Shown here piece after piece: positions 1 through 9,622 of a stretch of DNA of 64,000 nt; the first letter of the stretch is position 1; each line of letters begins with the position of its first letter. A model generated the notes under the pieces. That model saw only the letters and a program-made list of their open reading frames with translations, had not been told where the DNA came from and did no database searches. The position numbers and the translations under genes were made by a program. The DNA lies in the NCBI GenBank assembly GCA_026936335.1, contig JAPMXV010000054.1, positions 310,001 through 374,000 of the forward strand, given 5' to 3'. The stretch comes from Mantamonas sphyraenae STR306 (Eukaryota > Protista > CRuMs).

Positions 1-232
1 ATTTGGAGGAAGCGGACGTCGATGCTTGCTCTTCCTGAGCCTGTTTCTGGGCCTCGTTGTCGTCGTCCTCCTCCTTCTCCAGGGCCTCGAGTTCCTGCTC
101 GAGGGCGTCGACATCTTGGTCAGCGTCGTCTTGCTCGTTCTCGGCTTCGTCCACGTCCACTTCCACCTCGGGCTCAGGCTCGGGTTCCGGATCGGCTTTG
201 CGGCGACGAGAGGATCTGCGTTTGGCGGGCAT
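1..232 (-). CDS. 5' end of an unidentified protein (basic N-terminus, then acidic low-complexity region); continues beyond the left edge
   Basis: ATG at 232 on the minus strand opens MPAKRRSSRRRKADPEPEPEPEVEVDVDEAENEQDDADQDVDALEQELEALEKEEDDDNEAQKQAQEEQASTSASSK, with no stop before position 1. Not in the ORF track because it is truncated. Confidence 0.65.
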   Translation of the reverse strand, partial: MPAKRRSSRRRKADPEPEPEPEVEVDVDEAENEQDDADQDVDALEQELEALEKEEDDDNEAQKQAQEEQASTSASSK

Positions 233-311
233 GGATTCGGGTGTTGTGTGTGGGGGGGGGGGTTTGGGGTTTGCGCTGGTTGGCGCAGCTCCCTCTCGCA
301 CTTTTGACAAA

Positions 312-1850
312 ATGGATCGGCCAGCTGTGTATGCTGTGCTGGCAACAGGGCTGCTGGGAGATGTGTTGCCGCTGGTGGAGCTTGCCGGACAGCTTGCGGC
401 GCAGGACCACGGGCCAACGGTGCGCGTGTTTTCACACGCAAGCCTGCAGCCCTGGTTTGCCGAGGTCTGCCGGACGGGACTGGACTTTGTGGAGTTGGAA
501 GGGGACCCAGGAGCGCTGATGCGTGACTTGAAACTGGTTGGAGCTCTGTTTGACGGACGCACCATTGAATTCTCCTCACAAGTGAGCGAGAACGAAGCCG
601 AAGCCCTGGCCTCAACCCTTGCTCAGGTCACGGAACACTTTGACGGAGTGGAGGCCATTGTGACATGTTTGGCACTGTGTAGCATTGGCCAAAGCATGGC
701 GCAGCGGCTTCAGTTGCCTCTGGCCTGCGTGCAGGTGACACCAGGGTTTGCAACGGGGGAATGGCCACACCCGTACGTCAGCATCGAAAAGTTGCCCTTT
801 GCCTGGCTCAACCTCCTTTCCTACTCTCTGGCCTACTCGGTGCGCTGGGGTGCCCTCTCTCGTGATGTCAATGCATGGCGGGAGGAGTCGTTGAGTTTGC
901 CACCCGTTCCGGAGTTTACCCCGGACGTGCCCACACTTGTGGCTGTGGATGAGGCCGTGGTGCCACGTGCATCCGACTGGCCTGCATATGTGGCCTGTGG
1001 GGGCTTCATTGCTCAACCGCAGATTCCGCCGCAGCTGCAGGAAGAGGGAAGGCTGAAGACACTGGCGGCGTTTCTTGAACGACACCAGAAGACGCCGCCG
1101 CTGTACGTGGGCTTTGGTTCGATGCTTCTTCCCGAACCCATGGAACTGGTGGGCAGGATAATGGATGCAGTGAAGGGTCTGGAGGTGGCTGTGGTGTTCC
1201 AGGGGGACGAGTCCAATCTGAGTGGTTGTCTGCCCGCACAGGATGACTCTGTACTGCTACTCGACACCTATGTGGATCACAGCTGGTTGTTTGCACAATG
1301 CAGCGGGGCAGTGCACCACGGAGGCGCAGGGACAACTGCAGCAGTGCTGCGTGCAGGGATACCGCAACTGCCGCTTCCCATGCTGCCGGAACAGAGATGG
1401 TGGGCTGCACGTGCACACACCCTAGGCGTCTGTCCAGAAGAGCCCATCCGTCTGTGTGATGTCACCACAGAGTGGTTGTCCCAGGCTCTGCCGACGCTGC
1501 TGCGTGCCGAGAGCGACTGTACAGAAGCGGCGCGTGAGGTGGCTGCCCAGATAGCGGCCCAGGGACGACAGGATGAACAAGACGATACCAATGGACGCCT
1601 GCATTGGCTTCACGAGCAACTGGAGGCACAACAGGAGAAAAGGGGCAAGAATGGGTGTGCATGGCAGCGGGACGAGGACGTGACACGCTGCCCGATTTGT
1701 CGCGTGGATTTCGGCCTGCTGGTACGCAAGCACCATTGCAGGGCGTGCGGTGCTGTGGTCTGTGATGATCATTCGCAGGGTCGCGTCAAGGGCCTTCCGG
1801 GATACCCAGCGAGTGGGGAGCAGCGAGTGTGCGACGGGTGCGTCGGGTGA
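312..1850 (+). CDS. Sterol 3-beta-glucosyltransferase-like GT1 enzyme with a C-terminal FYVE zinc finger
   Basis: Likely ATG at 312 (MDRPAVYAVLATGLLGDVLPLVELAG, a GT-B N-terminal motif). YVGFGSM and HSWLF...AVHHGGAGTTAAVLRAGIPQLPLP form the UDP-sugar signature. FYVE: WQRD-CPIC-RKHHCRACG-VCDDHS-RVCDGC. Confidence 0.88.
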   Translation: MDRPAVYAVLATGLLGDVLPLVELAGQLAAQDHGPTVRVFSHASLQPWFAEVCRTGLDFVELEGDPGALMRDLKLVGALFDGRTIEFSSQVSENEAEALASTLAQVTEHFDGVEAIVTCLALCSIGQSMAQRLQLPLACVQVTPGFATGEWPHPYVSIEKLPFAWLNLLSYSLAYSVRWGALSRDVNAWREESLSLPPVPEFTPDVPTLVAVDEAVVPRASDWPAYVACGGFIAQPQIPPQLQEEGRLKTLAAFLERHQKTPPLYVGFGSMLLPEPMELVGRIMDAVKGLEVAVVFQGDESNLSGCLPAQDDSVLLLDTYVDHSWLFAQCSGAVHHGGAGTTAAVLRAGIPQLPLPMLPEQRWWAARAHTLGVCPEEPIRLCDVTTEWLSQALPTLLRAESDCTEAAREVAAQIAAQGRQDEQDDTNGRLHWLHEQLEAQQEKRGKNGCAWQRDEDVTRCPICRVDFGLLVRKHHCRACGAVVCDDHSQGRVKGLPGYPASGEQRVCDGCVG

Positions 1851-1854
1851 CCCA

Positions 1855-1872
1855 ACACACACACACACACAC
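1855..1872. repeat. (AC)9 microsatellite in the 28-bp gap between two same-strand genes
   Basis: Read directly from the sequence. Confidence 0.9.
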
Positions 1873-1878
1873 AAAGAC

Positions 1879-3180
1879 ATGCCCCAATATCTTATTCGCA
1901 GTGTTCTCGCAGGAGGGTTTGCAGCAGCGATGGGTCTTGCTGTGCTCAAGGGTAGCAGCAGCGGCGGTGTGGAGGATATGCAGATCCGAGTGACTGGTGT
2001 GAGGCGGCCTGAGGAGACGGAGCAGCATGTGGCCCAGCGCCTCGGGATGGGCATGGGTGCAGGCGCAGTGGAGACGCAAACGGCTCGAGAGCACGTGCAG
2101 GCCATGGCACAGGCCGCCCGCTATGCGCTGATGCCTCGCGAGACGCTTGCGTTGCGAGAGGAGCAAGATCGTCAAGAGTCCGTTGGCGCATTGGCGCGCA
2201 TCGACGCGATGGCGGACAAGGAGACAGTTGCAGGCCTGTTGGGTGCCGCCGCAGTGGCCACTGCAGGCAAGGAAGTCGTTGCAGAGGAGGTGGACGTCTA
2301 CACATGCGAGCAGATGGAAAGCGAGGGAGAAGGCGCAGCGGAGCCGCAGATTGAAATTTGGCGCCAAGGCGCCGAGAGGCTCCTCCAGATGCAGAGCGTG
2401 ACGCAGTGGGGCCAGTCTGTGGACTCGGTGCTGCCAAAGGCTTTTGTGGGTATGGTGGAAGAGGTTGTTGACAGCCAGAAGGTGGAGATGCCTGCGCAGA
2501 GGGTGGAGGTTCCCGTCGCGGTTGACGATGGGGACGATGAGGAGGATGAGGAGGATATTGAGGCGGCTGCTGAGGAAGAAGAGGCTGTTGAGGAGGAGGA
2601 AGAAGGTAAAGTGGAGGCGGCTGTTGAAGAAGTCGTCGCGGAGCCTGAAGAAGAAGTGCTGGCATCGCTCCCGGTTGCGGAGGTCATGGAAGAGGAGGTT
2701 GTGGTGGTGGAAGAGACTGGTCAGCCAGAGGAGAACGAAATTGAGCAAGAGGTCATGCAGGTGGAGGTGGCAGAAGAGGAAGAGCAGGCAGAGGTTGAAC
2801 AAGAAGACGAGGTTGTTGACGCCGTGGTCGCACCCCAGATGGAGACAGAGGAGGAGGGGGAGAACGAGGCGGCCGACGAGGTGTTGGGGGTGTACGAAAG
2901 CAGGCATGTGACGGTGATTGGCAGGTCTGTGTCAGAACTCGACCAGGAAGACCGAGACGAGTACATCCTCGACCGCTTCTATGCACACCAGGAACGCAAG
3001 CTTCAGCGCCTGCAAGCAGCAGAGGAGGAACAAAAGCAACAGCAGCAGCAACAGGATACGTCAGCACATGGTCAGCAGACACCACAAAAGCCATCTGCTG
3101 TGCGCAAGACTCTCGACCGCATGCCCCTGCCAAAGTCGCTCATCCGACGCCTTCCCGTTGCTCGTGAGCCGACAATGTAG
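1879..3180 (+). CDS. Hypothetical Glu/Val-rich acidic protein (433 aa) with a hydrophobic N-terminal segment
   Basis: Long ORF whose first in-frame ATG clear of the upstream gene is at 1879 (MPQYLIRSVLAGGFAAAMGLAVL). E-rich middle, Q-rich and basic C-terminus; no recognised domain. Confidence 0.6.
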   Translation: MPQYLIRSVLAGGFAAAMGLAVLKGSSSGGVEDMQIRVTGVRRPEETEQHVAQRLGMGMGAGAVETQTAREHVQAMAQAARYALMPRETLALREEQDRQESVGALARIDAMADKETVAGLLGAAAVATAGKEVVAEEVDVYTCEQMESEGEGAAEPQIEIWRQGAERLLQMQSVTQWGQSVDSVLPKAFVGMVEEVVDSQKVEMPAQRVEVPVAVDDGDDEEDEEDIEAAAEEEEAVEEEEEGKVEAAVEEVVAEPEEEVLASLPVAEVMEEEVVVVEETGQPEENEIEQEVMQVEVAEEEEQAEVEQEDEVVDAVVAPQMETEEEGENEAADEVLGVYESRHVTVIGRSVSELDQEDRDEYILDRFYAHQERKLQRLQAAEEEQKQQQQQQDTSAHGQQTPQKPSAVRKTLDRMPLPKSLIRRLPVAREPTM

Positions 3181-3250
3181 CCGCTATTCGTGAGCCAGAT
3201 TCCAAGATATGATTTCCGCACACGGACACGGTCTCCTGATGCTGTACGGC

Positions 3251-3272
3251 AAAAAGAAAAAAAAGACAAAAA
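3251..3272 (-). terminator. RNA polymerase III oligo-T terminator of tRNA-Ser
   Basis: T5, T8 and T5 runs on the minus strand, starting a few nt downstream of the tRNA 3' end. Confidence 0.8.
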
Positions 3273-3277
3273 GATGA

Positions 3278-3359
3278 CGTCAGCTGCAGGATTCGAACCT
3301 ACGCGGCATTACACCAGTCGATTTCTAATCGACCGCCTTAACCACTCGGCCAAGCTGAC
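3278..3359 (-). tRNA. tRNA-Ser (anticodon AGA), intronless, long variable arm
   Basis: Minus-strand sequence GTCAGCTTGGCCGAGTGGTTAAGGCGGTCGATTAGAAATCGACTGGTGTAATGCCGCGTAGGTTCGAATCCTGCAGCTGACG. Acceptor stem GTCAGCT/AGCTGAC, anticodon arm GTCGA-TTAGAAA-TCGAC, GGTTCGAATCC B-box, discriminator G, 82 nt. Confidence 0.97.
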
Positions 3360-3444
3360 TTGTTCAGAGGTAAAGGTCAGTTTCCGTAATCATGATCTCG
3401 CCATCTTGCTCTGAGAATATGCTTCGGCGACCACTCTCTGAATC

Positions 3445-6400
3445 GTGCCTGTTCCGTCTGGCTTCTCTTCTCCGTTGTCCAATCCAAACAAACTCCCACA
3501 GCACATCATCTCATCCTCCGCAGCGTTTCTCAAACTCAAGCAGCTCGCCCTGGCCTCCATCCAGACGGCGCCGGCACCCGCGCCAGCTCTGGCGTCGTCA
3601 ACGTCGTCGTCCGCTTCGTCGCCAGCCGCACCCTCCATTGCTGTCGCTGCCTCACTGCTGTCAGAATGCAAGCACACGACACCATGTACACCATTTCTCA
3701 CCCCTCAGGCATCCTCTACCACTGTCATTTCGGTCAATCGGCAGCTCGTCCTCCTCGCCGGGAACTCAAACGAGAACCTCGCCGCAACCGCGCTCCAGGC
3801 CTGGGCTGCCTCCTCTACAGCCCTCTACCCGTCCTCCAGTCCCATTGTCGCCTTTTCTACCACAGAATGTCCTGCCTGCGACCACGTCGCCCTGCACATC
3901 CGTGCTCTTTCGCTCCTCGCGCAAACCGTCATCACTCACTTTCCCTTTTCAGCCCGCCGCCGCTTCTGCCGTGCCTTGGCGGACACCCCCATGTGCGTCA
4001 TGGCTGCTTGGATTGCGCATGAGCACAACCTCTTCTCCCTCGACACCTACCTCGACTACACGCCTTTCACCACCGTCGTCAACCACCTCGCTCATCATTG
4101 CCTCGCTGCGCACACGCGTCTGCGCTTCCACGACTCTTCTTCGGATGCCTGGGCCACCCTTCTGGGGCGTACGTCCCACTGGCGTCTCCGCGCTCTCCTT
4201 CAGCACCTTCTCTTCCATCCTCGCCTGGGTTCTCGCCTGCTCGATCGCATCGCAGCTCTTCCTCGCAGCACAGATCTCTACCTCGCCTCCGTCATTGCCA
4301 TGCGTCACGCACATGCACCAGACCCACATGTTTGCCACTTCCTTGCTCAGAACCTCCTTCATCGCCTCCTCAAGGCTACCGAGGCCGATCCACCCTCCAA
4401 TCAGCTTCCCACGATCCTCCCAACGCTTCTCCGTCACCAGACTGCCGTCACTCGGGAAATCGTCCATTCTCCGCCTCGCAGCACCACTCTCGGCAACCGT
4501 TTTCTTCTCATCCAACACCTCGTGCGACTCATACACCCGCCTCAGCTCGTGGACGATCTCTCCAACGCCCTCCACGCTTCTCATCATCCCTCCCATCTCC
4601 TACTTGCCCTTGCTTCTGCTGCATCCTACCTTGCCGATGGCAACGACCGCGTCCGTGCTCTCATGGCTGCTGCTCTCCGAGAAGCCTTTGCCGACTCCAA
4701 TCCCCTCCTCGCCGCTCGATGCATCGTCACCGCACGGGCTCTCTCCTCCGACTACTCCGAGTGGTTGGCCAAGGATCTCATCCACGACACCGTGGACTCC
4801 AAATCCCGCCTTCTCATGCTGCTTGAGCTGTTTGAACACTTTGTGCCGCTCGATAGCCCAGATCGCCTGCGCCAACACCTGACTGCCGTTGCACTCACCC
4901 ATGGGCACATTTCCAGTGCTCGGTCGCTTACCGGCGAGTATGCGACACTTGTCAACGTCCGTCTCGCGGAAATGGGCCATGACTCCAGCTCTCAGGCTCC
5001 CGACGACATAATCCAGGGCATTGTGCCCACAGAGAGTGCCAAGAAGGAAGCCATCCAGGCTATCCACGAGTATGCCTCCTCCACAAAGATCCCCCAGCTC
5101 GTTCATTCGGGCTACATCATGCGCAAGCACATCTGGTTCCAACGCACGTTTACTCCGGCCCTCCTCCACCCCGCAGACGACCGTGCCATCGACCATTGGA
5201 TTGCTTGTTCAGCCTCCTCCTCTGCGCGCACCCCCTCACGTGCACAAGCCCGCCATCTCGAGCACCTTGCACGCATGGGACTCATCGACGCTTTGATCGA
5301 CAAGCGTATGCTCCCAACCGTCGCCAGCAAGTTCTACCGCCGCCTCTACGGCTCTTCGCGCCAACGAGACATTGTAAGCGCTCTCAAGCGTCCTCGCGAT
5401 GACACAGATGGCTCCGACGACCACACCGACTCGTTGGCCCCGGCCTCCAAACGAGCTACCGTCGATCCTCCGCTGGAGACCACACTACGCGACAAAGGAA
5501 TCTCCCAGCCTGCCGTCGATGCCACAGCACAGTGCATCTCCCTTCTCGGTCCCCTGTGGCGCCAGTTTGCACTGACCAGCCTCGACCGCGACTCGGTGTT
5601 CTTCTTTCGCCGCCGAGCGCTCACAGCCATCCACCAGTGGCTCACTGTCTCGTTGCGTGAGATCTCGTCAGCCTGCCATCTGCGCTGGAACGACGTCCTC
5701 GTCGACGACAGCGGCCACGTTCAAGCACGCGCCGTCATTGACGCCATCGCTCATCACTTTGTACGCTGCATCCAAACAGCCCTCTTTACAGACCTCGACC
5801 GCAACGCACGCGTGGGTCCCTGGCTCATGGAACTTGGCCACGAGCTCTTTGTACGCGCTGCGCGCAAGAACCCAGGCGCTCTCTACCTCCTCCACCGCCT
5901 CCAGGCGGCCACTCTCGCAATGCTCCTCCGTCATACTGCTGCTCCTCGTCGCCAGCTCATTGCTGCCCTCCTCGTCATGATTGGACACAGCCCCTGTGGC
6001 ATCATGCAGTGTCTTGATGGAGCCAATTCCTCGTCCCCCGTCCCGCTCCTCCAACGTGCCTCATCTCTCCTTCCCTATTCCATCCTATCCTCCGAAGACA
6101 TCCATTGGGCCGGGAACTTGCTCTGCGACGTGGTCATGCTCTCCTCGGAACAGCGTTCTCTGGTTCAACAGGCCCTGGCCTCCTCCTCCTCCTCCTCCTC
6201 CTCTTCATCCTCATCCTCCACATCCTCACCCTCCACGTCGCCGCGCGAATCTCCTTCCACTCCCAGCGGTCTCTCGCAAGAGATGATGCTCAGCAACAGC
6301 ACCATGTGCACCCCTCCGCCTTTGCTCGTCTCCACCCTGGCCTGGATCCATGCGCGTCTACAGTACGCCGAACAACATTCTCACCTGATTGCACGCATCG

Positions 6401-8067
6401 ATTCATGCATGCGCACCCTTCCCGACCACTCCTTTTCCATCGACCAGCTCGTGCGTGCTGAACTCCGTCTCACCTCTGACAAACACCTCCATGGCGCACA
6501 CTATCTCGACTACCTCCGCTCCGTCCTCCCCATGCATGCACGCTCCTCCCGCCCTGCCCTCGAGTCCATCCTCTCCGCCATGGCCGAATGGCCCGACAAC
6601 CAGCGCCACCTCCATTGGAGCTACTGGTGTCTCATCATCCAAGAATGGCCCCAGAGGAACCTGTCCATGGAGGCCGTTCTCAACGACCTCGTCGGCCGTC
6701 GTACCCCGTCCACCGCACGTCGCACAGCTGCCGTGTTTCATGCCTGGCAAACCCACCTCAGCGAGACCACCCTCGAGACAAAGGTCCGTGAGGCTCTGCA
6801 AGACAACGTAGTCGCCAGTGCACATCGCTTGCGTTTGTGGGCCTCTCTCATGGCCTGTTTGCCCCAGCCCGTGTGCTGGTCAAGCCTGTGTGCTCCAGAC
6901 ACCTCCTTTGCCGAACAAGTTCGCTCCGTCACCTCTGTCCTCAACGGCATCACCTACGCCTGCGGCACAGCCGATCTCTGGTCCCAGGGCCTCCTTGCCA
7001 CTTCCAACTTTGTACAAACCATCCTGCGTGCCCTCATCGCCGCAGCCCCGTCCGACGTTCCACCGGACTCGCTCGCACGACACCTGTACCTCCTCATCCA
7101 GCGTGCGCCCCTCGCCGGCTCCATTTGGCTCCTTCATCCGTCTGACATCCGAGACGCCCTCGCCCATTCCTCTGTGCCTCGCGTCCGCTCCGTCGTCGCT
7201 CACTTTGACACCCGCGCGTCCATCCTCGCCACCCTCACCTCAGCCTCCTCCACCACCTGGAAAAAGGGGGACATGAAAACACTTGCCGATGCATTGGAGA
7301 TGGGCGATGGCGTCGTCGCCTCTGTTATCGCTGCCCTTATGAAGCCGAACGTCCGTGATCGTGTCGACCGCCTCATCGACTACTGCGCCCTGCTCTGTGC
7401 CACGAGTGCTGACACAGGACACAAGTTTGTCCATTACCTCTCTGAGCATCTCCTCCATAGCCTTGCCAGCATGGCCGACGCACGCCATCCCCGTGATCAG
7501 GAGCCGTGGCCGTTTGTTCACGCCGCACTCGTCGCTCTCCTTTCCAATTTGGACCGTAGCACACGCATGCGCCAGGCTACTGTAGCCTCCTACCCGGGCG
7601 TCTATTCCGTGTTTCATGCAATTTGGCGCTTCACAGGCGCATCCATCCCCATCGGCGACGATGCAGACCCTCGTTCCCAGAAATACTCGGCCTCTGGCTT
7701 TGCACGCAGACGACGAGCAGCCTCTGTCTCTGCGTCGTCCTCGCCATCCAATGTCTCTCCTTCATCCTCCACAGACTCATCGTCTGCCGTCTCTGCATGG
7801 CCGGGCGCTCTGGTGTTCCTCCTCATCGACGCTCTCAAGGATGCCAACAACTGGACCAAGCCAAGCAGTGCCTTTGTATATCTCTACAACCGTGCGGGAG
7901 AACGGCTCTGCATGGCTGCTTTGCTCCAGAGCTACGCCATCCTCGTCTCCTCCCGTGGTTACATGGGCTCCCTCGAGGCCCGATCTCTCAAACTGATCCA
8001 GGCCGCCCTGTCCTATTGCTCCCGTGACTGCATCGACGACTTGTCCTCTGCCACAGATATCACGCAA

Positions 8068-8100
<33 letters not shown>

Positions 8101-8250
8101 GTGGTCAGTCCCGCCCTGGACGACGAGGTACGCCACCTCATCGCCGCTGCCTCCACGACTCCAACTCGGCCTTCCCAGCCCTCCAAAACCCGAATCCCCT
8201 CGTCTTCCTCCTCTCCAGCAGCAATTGCCACCCAGCGCAGTCTGTTTTGA
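3445..8250 (+). CDS. Fanconi anemia group A (FANCA)-like helical protein; true start unresolved
   Basis: 1,601-codon ORF. The block DYSEWL...LLELFEHFVPLDSPDRLRQHL...RSLTGEYATLVNVRLAEM...AKKEAIQAIHEYASSTKIPQLV...IMRKHIWFQRTFTPALL parallels the conserved FANCA N-terminal region as I recall it (YADWF...LSELVPFESPRYLQVH...LLTDYISLAKTRLADL...ALQDVEKAIMVFEHTGNIP...IFRRPYYVSHFLPALL). The ORF opens at GTG 3445; the first in-frame ATG is 3991. Confidence 0.72.
8071..8097 (+). repeat. (AGC)9 trinucleotide repeat encoding poly-Ser in the FANCA-like protein
   Basis: Read directly from the sequence. Confidence 0.9.
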
Positions 8251-8279
8251 GTGGTGTTCACTCCACACAACAAAGCAAT

Positions 8280-9497
8280 TCATTCCCGCTCTCCTCCGCC
8301 TTTTGCCAGCTCCCACAACGCCCCGCGGATCTTCAGCCGCACTCTTCGCTTGATGTAGCGCCAAAGTACAAACAAACCCCTGCGCTTGGCCTCCAGTTCG
8401 GCGCGGTTGCGCTCGTCCACGAGGTAATCCAACAGGCCCGCCCCTTGCGAGCTCCAGTGCAGCCCCTGCACAGTCGGCAGCGGGCTCTCGTCATCCAGAG
8501 CCATCACCGCCTTGCGCTGCGCTTCAGTCAACGGCTCCAGGCCCAGGTTGGCCTTGAGTTGGCTCAGATACTTGCGTAGTGGGATCCACACGTGCGAGAT
8601 CCGTCGCTTTTTCTTGTCCGCCGCATACGCAATGTCCACTTCCGTATCGTCCACGATCGGTACGCAGTGGCTTTCCAGCGCTTCGTACACACGAAACGTC
8701 TCTGCACTTGTCCCAGCCGGGGCAGGACACACTTTGCTCGCTGCCAGATGCCTGGGGATCTCCCGCACGGGAAATCCAGTCGCTGCGTTGAACTCGCGTG
8801 ATTTGCTCACCACCAAACAGTTGCGCCGCTTCAGCAGCGGCAGGATGGCCTGCCGGTGGTATGCATCGTTTCCAATAAACGCACAGGTGAACGGCCGCTC
8901 CGCGTCCAGCGAAGCATCGGCTGCAAAGCCCTCCTTGGGCCCCAGCGGGAACCAGAGCGCACGCTCGGACCCCGGGAGCGAGTCAATGTCACTTCGATGG
9001 TAGCCGTAGAGGGTAAACACGGCGTGTTCCACCAGCCACGGTTCCACTGGCCGCTCGCCAAGCTTCATGTACCCAAAGCGTGGATGCAACTTGGCGCACT
9101 CCCGCACCACTTCTGTGCTCCACGCGTCCGAGAACACGTTGGTGATGTACAATGCATTGGGCACACACGCCGCACGTGTGTCGTCCGTGTATATAAACTC
9201 CAGCGACACATTCGCTGCAGAGAACAGGTCACAGAACTGTTCCGCAAGCAGGTCCACTTTGTCCCCGGGCACCAACACCACCACATTCACCTTGGCTTCC
9301 TCTGCCACACCGTGCCCACCCAACGCAGACCCTGCTTCTTGTTTGCCCCTCTCCACCCTCCTCGCCACACACCGTTTGTGCCGTGACGGGTTTCGCACCT
9401 GCTCCGGATGCGAGCTGTTCCCCACCAGGATGCTTAGCAGCGTCAGATGCGCAAGGATCAGTGTTGCTGTCATCAGCATCACTGTTTGCACTTTCAT
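8280..9497 (-). CDS. Type II membrane glycosyltransferase, RXYLT1(TMEM5)/exostosin GT47-like
   Basis: N-terminal anchor MKVQTVMLMTATLILAHLTLLSILV (ATG 9497; alternative ATG 9572). Motifs WFPLGP, RPFTCAFIG and CPAPAGTSAETFRVYEALESHCVPIV resemble RXYLT1/GT47 C-terminal motifs. Confidence 0.65.
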   Translation of the reverse strand: MKVQTVMLMTATLILAHLTLLSILVGNSSHPEQVRNPSRHKRCVARRVERGKQEAGSALGGHGVAEEAKVNVVVLVPGDKVDLLAEQFCDLFSAANVSLEFIYTDDTRAACVPNALYITNVFSDAWSTEVVRECAKLHPRFGYMKLGERPVEPWLVEHAVFTLYGYHRSDIDSLPGSERALWFPLGPKEGFAADASLDAERPFTCAFIGNDAYHRQAILPLLKRRNCLVVSKSREFNAATGFPVREIPRHLAASKVCPAPAGTSAETFRVYEALESHCVPIVDDTEVDIAYAADKKKRRISHVWIPLRKYLSQLKANLGLEPLTEAQRKAVMALDDESPLPTVQGLHWSSQGAGLLDYLVDERNRAELEAKRRGLFVLWRYIKRRVRLKIRGALWELAKGGGERE

Positions 9498-9622
9498 CTG
9501 GCCCTGCACTGGGGGATTCTCTCTCTGTGCTGTGTGGGGACGGTTGTTTTGGGCCAGCAGCGGCGGTTGCATTGTGTGAACTCCTCCTTCATTTGCTATC
9601 CAACTACGTATGTAACCTCCAC

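Noticed and set aside
57-311. Ser-rich N-terminal extension of the 597-aa ORF
   Set aside because: It is the antisense reading of the acidic minus-strand gene at 1-232; glycosyltransferase homology begins at ATG 312.
3278-3359. tRNA as an integration site for a mobile element
   Set aside because: I saw no duplicated tRNA end, integrase, transposase or terminal repeats in the window.
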